Of a DNA stretch of 64,000 nt, positions 27,769 through 36,560 are shown piece after piece. The notes beneath the pieces were generated by a model, which was not told the DNA's origin, did not search any database, and was given only the letters and a program-made list of their open reading frames with translations. The translations under genes were made by a program, and so were the position numbers. Source of the stretch: Candidatus Methanomethylicia archaeon (GTDB taxonomy: Archaea; Thermoproteota; Methanomethylicia; Nezhaarchaeales; B40-G2); contig JAPDJI010000006.1 of the NCBI GenBank assembly GCA_029259155.1, forward strand, positions 24,470 to 88,469. The letters are read 5' to 3'. Within the stretch, counting starts at the first letter, position 1; each line of letters opens with the position of its first letter.

Positions 27769-29196
27769 TCATAGCCTTTCCCAAAGCTCCGAGGTGAATA
27801 GAGCTAGGATAGGTAGCAGTTCTAAGCGTCCAACCCACATACACCAGACCAAGGCCAGCTTCGAAGTAGCGTTAAGGCTGAAAAGATCCAAGTACGCTGG
27901 TCCGACACCGCCCTCCGCTGATAAAGTGGCTGATAGAGCTGATGTGAAGGGTATGCCTTGGGCTGTTATGATAAGTGTAGAGACAAAAGCTACGGCCAAG
28001 TAGATGAAGAAGAAGCTAGCTACTCTTAACGCGTCTTCAACGTTCATGATCCTTCCTCCGACTTTGAGAGGTTTAATGGACTTTGGAGGAAGCATGGTTT
28101 TATGTACTTCATGTGACGCTAGCTTGAAGAGCACTATCATCCTCGCCACCTTGATAGCTCCAGCGGTGGAGCATAGCGATCCACCTACGACCATCAATAT
28201 CATCAATATCCACTTAGACGCCTCGGGAAGAGAATTAACATCCATGCTGGTGAAACCGGTTGTCGTAGCTATGGAAACTGTCTGAAATACACCTAGCCTA
28301 AATGCATGTAGTGTACTAACGTTTAGATGAAGAACTATATCGAGGGAGACTATGATCGAAGCTACGGCTATAATCATTAACATTACCTTAAGCTCCAGGT
28401 TCCTCCAAACCTCATCGTTCCTCCCTTTAAGTAGATAGAGGTGGACGTGGAAGTTGGTGGCCCCTATAATCATGAACACCACTAGTACGCTCTCTACCCA
28501 GGGGTTATGAAACCCCTCTATATTAAGTGTCTTTGTTGAAAATCCTCCAGTGGCCAACGTGGTAAAGGAGTGGCATAGAGCGTCGAAGCCCGAGAGGCCT
28601 AGGTAAGTCAGCAAAATAGCGCACAGGAAGGTGTAAAGCGTGTATATTAGCCAAAGATCCTTAACCGTGTCCCATGCCCTAATCGTAAGTTTCTCCTCTC
28701 TAGCTTCAGCTACGTAAAGCCTCCAAACTCCAATTCCACGTGGAGTCATAAAGAGGATGAAGAACAATACGATTCCAAGCCCTCCAAGCCATTGAGTTAA
28801 GGCCCTCCAGAAGAGTAAGCTATGAGGGACATCTTCAAGATTGCTCAGTAAGGTCATGCCAGTAGCCGTAAACCCAGACATGGCTTCAAAGAAAGCGTCC
28901 AGGGGTGCCATGTCATGTAGGTATGGAAGAGAGCCAATACCTGTTATCAGGAGCCAACCCATTGCTGAGAAGAACAAGGCCTGAGCTGGATTGATCTCGT
29001 CAGGGATGGGTAGCTTCGCGCTAAAGAAACCGCCTACAATCATGAGGGGGAGAGCTACTGAAAGCAGCTCTTCAAGAACCATCCACTCCTCATAGATTAC
29101 AGCTACAAGACTAGGGGCTAAGAGCACGAGCCCAAGCAACAATGTGAGCCTCGCGAAGAGAGCAGGTAGTGCCAGTTTCTTCAATCCTGACACCAA
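27769..29196 (-). CDS. trkH: Trk-type K+ uptake membrane subunit
   Basis: FEAMSGFTATG, WRALTQWLGGLG, ATGGFS, TTTGF, STAGAIKVAR, GRLE. Confidence 0.95.
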   Translation of the reverse strand: MVSGLKKLALPALFARLTLLLGLVLLAPSLVAVIYEEWMVLEELLSVALPLMIVGGFFSAKLPIPDEINPAQALFFSAMGWLLITGIGSLPYLHDMAPLDAFFEAMSGFTATGMTLLSNLEDVPHSLLFWRALTQWLGGLGIVLFFILFMTPRGIGVWRLYVAEAREEKLTIRAWDTVKDLWLIYTLYTFLCAILLTYLGLSGFDALCHSFTTLATGGFSTKTLNIEGFHNPWVESVLVVFMIIGATNFHVHLYLLKGRNDEVWRNLELKVMLMIIAVASIIVSLDIVLHLNVSTLHAFRLGVFQTVSIATTTGFTSMDVNSLPEASKWILMILMVVGGSLCSTAGAIKVARMIVLFKLASHEVHKTMLPPKSIKPLKVGGRIMNVEDALRVASFFFIYLAVAFVSTLIITAQGIPFTSALSATLSAEGGVGPAYLDLFSLNATSKLALVWCMWVGRLELLPILALFTSELWERL

Positions 29197-29353
29197 GTTT
29201 GACGAGGCATGGGGATATTAACCGTCGGTTTAAGCTTTTTGCTATTCACGTACCCATGAACAAGTAAAAGATATAAGTAGAATGCCACGCTTCCCTTTTG
29301 CCTTAGAGAGGCTTCAACGCCGCGTGGATGGCTGAGGGGGAAGGTGCGTAGCG

Positions 29354-29620
29354 GTGTCGGCAGAGGCCGGCGAGATCCTGATAGGTAGGAAGCCTGCAGC
29401 AAGCTACATACAGGCGATCCTAACCGCGGCCGCTAGAGGAATCAGTGAAGTAGTGTTGAAGGCTAGAGGCAGGAACATTAGCAAGGCAGTAGACGTCAGC
29501 CAACTTGCCCTAAGAGTAGTGTTAAAGGACTTTGAAGTCTACGATGTGAAAGTAGGCTCTGAGGAAGTTACTGGCGGCCGCAGAGTGTCAACCATAGAGA
29601 TAAGGATGAGGAAGAAGTAG
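29354..29620 (+). CDS. albA: DNA/RNA-binding protein Alba
   Basis: IGRKP...Y, VLKARGRNISKAVDV, VSTIEI. Confidence 0.93.
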   Translation: MSAEAGEILIGRKPAASYIQAILTAAARGISEVVLKARGRNISKAVDVSQLALRVVLKDFEVYDVKVGSEEVTGGRRVSTIEIRMRKK

Positions 29621-29698
29621 ACGGTGAACCACAACCAACCCATCTTTTTCTTATAGGTACTATAAGATTAATTAAACTCCTTTAGACTAAATCGTAGG

Positions 29699-30043
29699 GT
29701 GTTAAGGTTGTCTCAATATGATATTATGGTGACAACTACAGAGAAGGTCCCCGGCTTCGAAGTAGAAAAGGTTATCGGGCTGGTATGGGGGTCCTCCATA
29801 AAGGCTAGGCACGTAGGCAAGGACATTAAGATGGCTTTAAAACACATCGTGGGCGGCGAACTTACGGATTACGCCGAGATGATGGAGGATGCAAGGCGGA
29901 CAGCGCTTAGCCGCATGTTGGAGCATGCTAGACAGCTTGGAGCTGATGCGGTTATAAACATTAGGATGACCACGTCGATGGTTATGTCCGGGGCCGCTGA
30001 GATCATAATTTACGGCACTGCTGTGAAGCTCAAGAAAACTTAG
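29699..30043 (+). CDS. UPF0145 (YbjQ) family protein
   Basis: TTTE.VPG, IVGGEL..Y, LGADAVIN, YGTAV. Confidence 0.92.
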   Translation: MLRLSQYDIMVTTTEKVPGFEVEKVIGLVWGSSIKARHVGKDIKMALKHIVGGELTDYAEMMEDARRTALSRMLEHARQLGADAVINIRMTTSMVMSGAAEIIIYGTAVKLKKT

Positions 30044-30701
30044 TTCTGAGTATTAATACCTTGCCGAGGTCGGTTAACCTATAGCTTTTATCAAGAGTAA
30101 GCTCCACTAATCCTCTATCTTCAAGCGCGGAGAGCGTATTTGAGAGTTCTTCCACGCTCTTTCCTTTCATCTGGGCTATTTCTCTTAACTTGAGCTCTCT
30201 CTGCCTTAGAATTTTTAGAAGTTCCAGCTCTTCGTGGCTGAGGGCATGTAGGAGGGGCTTCACGTTGAACATAGCTCTATGTAAAGGATATAGCATAGCT
30301 GAGTATGAGAACGCAGAGGCGGCGTAGAGGCTGTACGATAAGGGAGGCTCGATGGGGATATGTATGAAGAGGATGAGGAACGCTAGTAGCGCTAACCCCA
30401 TGGCCACTGCCTTAGCTTTGTTTTCCTTAGCTCCGAAAAGCTTGTTGTAGAGGGCTCCTAGCAGGACACCAACCACTATTAAGGTTAAGGGCAGGAAGAT
30501 AACGATGGATGACACTATCAAAACCCAAGAGTGGAGAGTCGGTTCAATGGCTTCGAGGCCTACGGAGCTTAGAGCCTCATAGAGCCTCTCCGGGCTATGG
30601 ACTAGGACAAAAAGTGTAGCTGAGGTGAGGATGAATATGCATGGAAGGATGGCTATGAAACCTGCCTTAGCCCCAGCATTTGTGGTCAAGTTAAGCTTCA
30701 C
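30030..30701 (-). CDS. Membrane protein with C-terminal winged-helix domain
   Basis: About 4 TM helices, then ELELLKIL..LKLREIA...LSALEDRGLV....YRLTDLG. Confidence 0.75.
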   Translation of the reverse strand: MKLNLTTNAGAKAGFIAILPCIFILTSATLFVLVHSPERLYEALSSVGLEAIEPTLHSWVLIVSSIVIFLPLTLIVVGVLLGALYNKLFGAKENKAKAVAMGLALLAFLILFIHIPIEPPLSYSLYAASAFSYSAMLYPLHRAMFNVKPLLHALSHEELELLKILRQRELKLREIAQMKGKSVEELSNTLSALEDRGLVELTLDKSYRLTDLGKVLILRTKFS

Positions 30702-31446
30702 ACCTCCTGAACAAGTAGGCGCCTAAAAGCAGGGTGAAGGTACATAGCACGGTTAACACGATGAGGTTTACGATTAATGGAAGCGCCCCTTGACCAATAA
30801 GTGCTCCTCTCAATCCGTCTACAGCATAAGTTAAAGGATCGAGATAAATTATCCACTTCATCCATGTAGGCGCGCTCTCTAAGGGGAAGAAGGCGGTGGA
30901 GAGGAGGATCATGGGCATGATCAACAGGTTCATTATCAAACTAAATCCTTCAAAGTCGCTTAGTCTAGATGCTATTATTAACCCTATTCCTACGGCGAAG
31001 AAGGAGGTCAACAGCATGAATAGGAGGCCAAGCGTCAGCCCTAAGGCATTAATCTTAACCCCCATGAGGGCGCTTACGGTTAATATAGCCAAGCCTTGAA
31101 ACATCGCTACTGTAGATCCTCCAAGCGTTTTCCCCACCACTATGGAAAGCCTGCTTACAGGTGCAACTAAGACTTCCTTCAAGAACCCGAATTGTCGATC
31201 CCAGATTATCAAAACTCCTGAAAACATGGATGAAAAGGCGACCGCTACGACAATCATTCCGGGCGCCAGGAAATCTAGGTAACGGATTCCCTCCCTAAAA
31301 CCGGGAAACCTAGCAGCGCTTAATCCGAAACCTAAGATCACTAAGAAAAGTAGTGGCTGCATAAGGTTGGCTACAAGCCTACTTCGTGCTCTTATCAGCC
31401 GCTTAATTTCCCTAAGCCACAACACGTAGACGGCTTGTAAGTTCAA
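30691..31446 (-). CDS. ABC-2 type exporter permease (DrrB-like)
   Basis: YLDFLAPG, DRQFGFLKEVLVAPVSR, PLTYAVDGLR. Confidence 0.93.
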   Translation of the reverse strand: MNLQAVYVLWLREIKRLIRARSRLVANLMQPLLFLVILGFGLSAARFPGFREGIRYLDFLAPGMIVVAVAFSSMFSGVLIIWDRQFGFLKEVLVAPVSRLSIVVGKTLGGSTVAMFQGLAILTVSALMGVKINALGLTLGLLFMLLTSFFAVGIGLIIASRLSDFEGFSLIMNLLIMPMILLSTAFFPLESAPTWMKWIIYLDPLTYAVDGLRGALIGQGALPLIVNLIVLTVLCTFTLLLGAYLFRRCEA

Positions 31447-31449
31447 TCC

Positions 31450-32424
31450 TCAATGCCTCCACGGCTTCCCTTGCCTTTCAGCTCTCTCTTCCAAAGGAAC
31501 CTTACCCGTCAAATGTATGAACACGTCTTCGAGCGTAGGTCTACGTAAACTCACCGCCTCAACCTCAATAGCCATCTGCTCCGCCAACTTAACCACTTTA
31601 GGGACTTTCCCCTCCCCCTTCTCTACGTATATGCTTAGATGTTTACCATCCGTCAGCTTCACGTCCTTAACCCAGCCCTCCTTCGCTAGAACCTCGGCCA
31701 GTTCTCGTGCTCTAGCGCAACTTAGAGTTATAACGTCCTTCCCCATCAAATCCTTCAGGTTAGAAGGCGTGTCCGAAGCTATTATCCTACCTCGATCAAT
31801 GATAGCTACCCTTCTGGCGAGAAACTCGGCTTCTTCTAAGTAGTGGGTGGTCAGAAACATGGTTACACCTTCATCACGGTTAAGCTTCAACACATAGTCC
31901 CATATAATCCTCCTAGACTGGACGTCAAGACCTAGCGTAGGCTCATCGAGGAAGAGCACTTTAGGGTAATGCATTAAGCCTCTAGCTAATTCAAGCCTCC
32001 GCTTCATACCTCCAGAGTAGTTCCTAACGAGCTCGTCCGCCCTATCAAGTAGGCCGACAAGCTCCAAAACCTCTCTTATACGTTGAGCTCTACGTTTCCT
32101 CTCTATTCCGTACATCCTGGCGTGGAAGTCGAGATTCTCACGGCCGGTAAGCCTATCATCTAGAGCAGGCTCCTGAAACACTACGCCTATCACTCGCCTC
32201 ACTTCATCGGGCTGCTTTACCACGTCGAAGCCACAGATCTTAGCTGTGCCCGACGTAGGTCTTAGAAGGGTGGAGAGTATTCTAACTGTGGTTGTCTTGC
32301 CTGCGCCGTTAGGTCCTAGGAAGCCAAAGATCTCTCCTTCCTTGACCGTGAAGGATACATGGTCTATCGCGACTACTCTCCCATTAAAAACCTTTGTCAG
32401 CTCATCGGCCTCGATAGCTGTCAA
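31450..32424 (-). CDS. ABC exporter ATP-binding subunit (DrrA-like)
   Basis: GPNGAGKTT, YSGGMKRR, LFLDEPT, TTHY, PTLEDVF. Confidence 0.95.
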   Translation of the reverse strand: MTAIEADELTKVFNGRVVAIDHVSFTVKEGEIFGFLGPNGAGKTTTVRILSTLLRPTSGTAKICGFDVVKQPDEVRRVIGVVFQEPALDDRLTGRENLDFHARMYGIERKRRAQRIREVLELVGLLDRADELVRNYSGGMKRRLELARGLMHYPKVLFLDEPTLGLDVQSRRIIWDYVLKLNRDEGVTMFLTTHYLEEAEFLARRVAIIDRGRIIASDTPSNLKDLMGKDVITLSCARARELAEVLAKEGWVKDVKLTDGKHLSIYVEKGEGKVPKVVKLAEQMAIEVEAVSLRRPTLEDVFIHLTGKVPLEERAERQGKPWRH

Positions 32425-32541
32425 ACTTCTACACCTTCTTAAACGTCCTTACGTTCTTGTCACGTTTTTCTTCTCTAGAGCTCTCCTTAGGCTGCTTCAT
32501 CTTAATATTAATGTTTCCTCACCTATTTTTGGCTGGTTGCC

Positions 32542-33054
32542 TTGATCAATATGGACCGTGAGTATTTGCCCTCCATGTCCATCGAACAGGCCTTCCTACC
32601 AAATGGACGTAAAGTGGAAGTTAGGATAGTTAGACATCCAGGAGCGGTAGCTATCTTGCCAGTTTTTAATGACCGTCGCTTGATCCTACTGAGACAGTAT
32701 AGACCTACCATTAACAGGTGGCTGGTGGAAATACCCGCTGGGACCCTAAAGCCTGGAGAAACCCCTGAAGACTGTGCGAGACGCGAACTCCTAGAAGAGA
32801 CCGGATACGAAGCTGAGGAGCTAACAAAGCTTTTAGAGGTTTACCTTGCCCCCGGCTACAGCGATGAGCTGCTCCACGTTTTCATAGCCAAGGGTTTAAG
32901 GTTTAAAGGAGCTAGCCCTAGGCTTGACGAGGTGATCGAGACTATGACCATAGAATTAAGCGAGGCTTTAGAAATGGTGGCCCGCAACGAGATAAGAGAC
33001 GCTAAGACCATTGCGGCCTTGCTTTACTTAGCCTCCTTTCAACGTCAGCTTTAA
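32542..33054 (+). CDS. Nudix hydrolase (ADP-ribose pyrophosphatase-like)
   Basis: EIPAG...GE....ARRELLEETGY; DAKT. Confidence 0.93.
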   Translation: MINMDREYLPSMSIEQAFLPNGRKVEVRIVRHPGAVAILPVFNDRRLILLRQYRPTINRWLVEIPAGTLKPGETPEDCARRELLEETGYEAEELTKLLEVYLAPGYSDELLHVFIAKGLRFKGASPRLDEVIETMTIELSEALEMVARNEIRDAKTIAALLYLASFQRQL

Positions 33055-33086
33055 AAAGCCTCTCTTCACCTACTCTGCGACCTTAC

Positions 33087-33470
33087 TTGCATGAGTTCTC
33101 CGTCATGCAGTCGATGGTGGAGATGATCCTTAGCATGGCTGAAGCTAAGGGTGCAGTTAAGGTACTATCGGTTTCCCTGCGTGTAGGAGAGCTTACTTTC
33201 CTTAATCCTGAGCAGTTAAGGTTCGCCTTCGAAGTCTTAACGGAGGGCACCATAGCTCAAGGCGCATCCCTCCTAATAGAGTCTGTTAAGCCCGCGGTCA
33301 GGTGTAGGAGATGTGGCTATGAGGGGGAGGTAGATTACCGGGGAGAAGAAGTACACTTACCTCTCGTCGTGCCCTTATCGGTTAAGTGTCCGAAGTGTGG
33401 CGGCGACGTGGAGCTGATAGCCGGGAGGGAGTGCACTCTAACCTCCATCAAAGTGAAGCTTGATGAGTAG
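33087..33470 (+). CDS. hypA: Hydrogenase nickel metallochaperone
   Basis: MHEFS, GELT, CRRC, CPKCG, GRE. Confidence 0.95.
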   Translation: MHEFSVMQSMVEMILSMAEAKGAVKVLSVSLRVGELTFLNPEQLRFAFEVLTEGTIAQGASLLIESVKPAVRCRRCGYEGEVDYRGEEVHLPLVVPLSVKCPKCGGDVELIAGRECTLTSIKVKLDE

Positions 33471-33529
33471 ATGGTTTAACGTTGCTGTGTTCAATGTATA
33501 CTACGCTGTTGAGGCTAATGGACGTAGCC

Positions 33530-34390
33530 CTAAGCTTCCTTAAACAGCCCCTTAATGGACGTAGCGCTTAGGTCTTTGGGGGGTACAAGGTGCAGGTGGA
33601 GGCCTACGTCTTCAACAGGATGAAAGCCTAAAGCTAAGCCTACTAACTGCGAGACGTGGAGCACGGGGATAACTTTATCGAGCTCGCCGAGGTCTCTCAT
33701 CTGGTACTGCGTCTTATCTATCATTAGCTGGCAGGCAGTACACATCACTAATATTAGGTCTGCGTCTGCGTCCACCATGCTCGTTACCTTTAGCCTCGAC
33801 ACCGGGCTAAGGGCTTCTAGGACCCAGGGCCACTTCATGGCTGTGGCGCCGCAACACGTAGCTTTCTCTTCGTAGCTCAGTACGTTCGCACCGAGCGATA
33901 AAGCTATATCTTCTAGTAGATCCTCGCCATCCACGCCCTTAATGGCTTTAGCGTGCATGGCATAAGCGTAGTGACAGCCTACATGAGTAACCACATTAAG
34001 CCCTTTTAGGGAGTCCTGGGCCATCTCGCTTATCTTCTCTCTGAGAAGCCATAGAACCTCAGCCACGTGTAGACACTCTATGTTCTCTGAAGGACTTTTC
34101 TTCAGAGCTACGTTAAACGTCCTGTAGCAGCCGTTGCAAGGCGTCACCACTACGTCGTGTTTGATCAGTCTTCGCATATTGTAGCTGGTCAACATCTTCA
34201 ACTCCTCCCTACCTATCATCCCTGCTATTTCAAGCGGTAGGCCGCAGCAGACAACGTGTTCAGGACTGAGTACTTTGAAGCCTAGTTTCTCAAGCACCTT
34301 AATGGAGGAGTAAGTTACGCCGGGGTAAATGCTTGTAGCTATGCAGCCAGGGTAGAACGTTAAGCTCCTCCTCTTTAAGAGCTCCTCCAT
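33530..34390 (-). CDS. hdrB: Heterodisulfide reductase subunit B (start re-assigned to ATG 34390)
   Basis: Two CCG domains: YPGC, VCCG, CNGC, HVGCH, TCCG, CTAC; GGTGAGG SD before 34390. Confidence 0.88.
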   Translation of the reverse strand: MEELLKRRSLTFYPGCIATSIYPGVTYSSIKVLEKLGFKVLSPEHVVCCGLPLEIAGMIGREELKMLTSYNMRRLIKHDVVVTPCNGCYRTFNVALKKSPSENIECLHVAEVLWLLREKISEMAQDSLKGLNVVTHVGCHYAYAMHAKAIKGVDGEDLLEDIALSLGANVLSYEEKATCCGATAMKWPWVLEALSPVSRLKVTSMVDADADLILVMCTACQLMIDKTQYQMRDLGELDKVIPVLHVSQLVGLALGFHPVEDVGLHLHLVPPKDLSATSIKGLFKEA

Positions 34391-34403
34391 CTCAAGCCTC
34401 ACC

Positions 34404-34856
34404 TTAAGCTTTCTTGCCCCTCGGCTTAGGCCCTCGCCCCCCAATGATCTTTCTCAGCTCAGCTCTCACGTATTCTGGGAGCAGGCGAGGGTTAAGCCCC
34501 CTCGGCTCGTTGAAGTCGCGTACCTTATCATTCACAGGCGCCATCATAACTCCTCGGCTCAGTATATTGTCGAGAGCCTCTAAGTAGACCTCTAAGTCGC
34601 CTCGCTCTAGACCTCTGCTCACGAGCATCCTTCTCAGCGCCTCTACGACCTCAGGTATGTGTACTGCATTGGGACATACGGCCTCACAGGTGTGACATAA
34701 TAGGCAGAGCCAAAGGTGGTCGTGAAGCGCCTCTCTACCCATCGCTACGTTTAGCATGACTCTTCTAGGGCTGAAGCTCATTGTAGCTCTTGCTGATGGA
34801 CAGGCAGATGTACATGCTCCACACTGGATACATCTGCGTCCTTCACTGAGTAGCAA
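34404..34856 (-). CDS. hdrC: Heterodisulfide reductase subunit C
   Basis: CIQCGACTSACP, SPRR, LWLCLLCHTCEAVCP. Confidence 0.9.
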   Translation of the reverse strand: MLLSEGRRCIQCGACTSACPSARATMSFSPRRVMLNVAMGREALHDHLWLCLLCHTCEAVCPNAVHIPEVVEALRRMLVSRGLERGDLEVYLEALDNILSRGVMMAPVNDKVRDFNEPRGLNPRLLPEYVRAELRKIIGGRGPKPRGKKA

Positions 34857-34889
34857 TTCTAAAATAACTCTTCACCTCCTATTGAATTT

Positions 34890-35267
34890 ATGTCGGAAGT
34901 CGAACTCATGCTGTTGGTAGCTAGGGTGCACGGCGCTGAAGTAGTTTCACGGATATGTACTGCCTGCAGGGAATATGAGGATGCTGTAGCGCTAGCTTTA
35001 ATCTCGAAGGTGGACGCTGAGAGGCTCGGGCTTAAGGATGGAGACCTCGTTGAGGTGTCTTCTATTACGTCTGTAGTGACCGTTAAGGTTAAGGTCTCCG
35101 ATGAGGTACGTGAGGGGCAAGTCTTGATGCCGCAGAGCCCTTGGTCTATGTCGCTCATACCTAGCAGCTGGGCTTCAAGGCCATACCCTAGGCTTAGCGG
35201 ACTCAAGGTAACGGTTAAGCGGTCTTCGGGTGAAGCAACCAGCCTTGACAAGCTACTCCACTCCTGA
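34890..35267 (+). CDS. fwdD: FwdD-like molybdopterin-dinucleotide-binding subunit
   Basis: DAERLGLKDGD.VEV, G.V.MP.SPW, G.KV.V. Confidence 0.8.
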   Translation: MSEVELMLLVARVHGAEVVSRICTACREYEDAVALALISKVDAERLGLKDGDLVEVSSITSVVTVKVKVSDEVREGQVLMPQSPWSMSLIPSSWASRPYPRLSGLKVTVKRSSGEATSLDKLLHS

Positions 35268-36560
35268 GAACTCTTTCCTCAACCTCTCGAGGTCGCCGCG
35301 CTCGAAGAGTATCCTAACCTTTGGGGAGGCGAAGATCTTGATGGCCTCCTCGACTCTTCTCTTAACCAGCTCGAAGCCTGCTGGAAGAGGTGGTATAGGT
35401 CTCGGGGGCGGCGGCACGTACTCTTCTGTGGGAAGCTCTACTTTCCTCGCGTATAGCTCGCCCCTTGGCGCTCTGTAGCCTTCAAGCACTTTCTTAAAGA
35501 ACTCTTCATAGCTAGCTGACCAAGGGGCTCTACCTTTCTCAATCCTCATGTGCTTTCTCCTAACCTCTAAGGCCTCGACAGGACAGGCCTCCTCGCAGGC
35601 TCCACAGTATATGCAAGCTTCCTTGACAGCCGATACCTTGTCTGGTCCCACTGCCTTAGAGACGTATATTGCCTTAGTCGGACAAATGTTGATGCAGTTT
35701 TTACATCCTGAAGGATCGCACTTATCAGGGTTAACCATGACCACCTCTCCGTCAAAGGGGGGCTCACAGCTTACAGCCTCGGTGGGACATACCTTAGCGC
35801 ATAGCCCACAGTAGACGCAGAGCTCTTCGTCGACCTCCACCGAGCCGCTTACGCGAGGCTTCTCTACGACCCTCGGCGCAGCCTTTGTACACTCGACCTT
35901 TATAGCGTCCGTCGGACATATCTCCTCGCATAGGCCACAGTAGTCGCAGAGCTCCTCGTTGACGATGATTGTTAGCCCCGGCTTAAAGCTGGGCGCTTCA
36001 GGCCGAGTCCACTCAATCCGTAGCGCATCGCAGAGATCTTCGCATAGGCCGCAGTAACAACACTTCTCTAGGTCTACAGCTATCTTGCCCTCGGCGTACC
36101 TATCAGCTGTCTCGTACTTGACAAGGTCTTCCTTCTTAGCCACCTCGACCTTAGCCTTGATGGCTACACGAGGGCACACGCGCTCGCATAGGTGGCATGG
36201 GATGCACTTGTCCTCATCGATCGATATGGAGCCCTCGACCCTTGGGTACTCCTCCTCGTGCTCGATGTTGACCTTGAGGGCGTGGGTAGGGCAGATTGAC
36301 GAACATAGGGGGCATATCACGCACTTGCCCTCGTCTATCATTATGAGGGGGGCCTCCAACTTACCTGAAGCGACCTCCTTAATGGGCCCCAAGCTAATGG
36401 CGTTAGTGGGGCACACCTTGACGCATAGACCGCAGCCCACACAACGATCGATTATGAAGGTTAGCTCCTTACCTAATACAACGCCCTGCCACCTGTAGAG
36501 CAGGAGATTTTCCTCTATCGCTGAGAGCTCGGTGATGGGCTTCTCAGACAAAGCTTCCAC
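35253..36560 (-). CDS. fwdF: FwdF-type polyferredoxin
   Basis: Eight CxxCxxCxxxC(P)-type motifs with FwdF-like spacing (one variant CDPSGCKNC...CP). Confidence 0.88.
   Translation of the reverse strand: MEALSEKPITELSAIEENLLLYRWQGVVLGKELTFIIDRCVGCGLCVKVCPTNAISLGPIKEVASGKLEAPLIMIDEGKCVICPLCSSICPTHALKVNIEHEEEYPRVEGSISIDEDKCIPCHLCERVCPRVAIKAKVEVAKKEDLVKYETADRYAEGKIAVDLEKCCYCGLCEDLCDALRIEWTRPEAPSFKPGLTIIVNEELCDYCGLCEEICPTDAIKVECTKAAPRVVEKPRVSGSVEVDEELCVYCGLCAKVCPTEAVSCEPPFDGEVVMVNPDKCDPSGCKNCINICPTKAIYVSKAVGPDKVSAVKEACIYCGACEEACPVEALEVRRKHMRIEKGRAPWSASYEEFFKKVLEGYRAPRGELYARKVELPTEEYVPPPPRPIPPLPAGFELVKRRVEEAIKIFASPKVRILFERGDLERLRKEFSGVE

Noticed and set aside
29281-29353. Structured alba leader or uORF MAEGEGA*
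   Set aside because: Pairing is imperfect and purine/pyrimidine-tract driven; the uORF simply overlaps the SD; insufficient support
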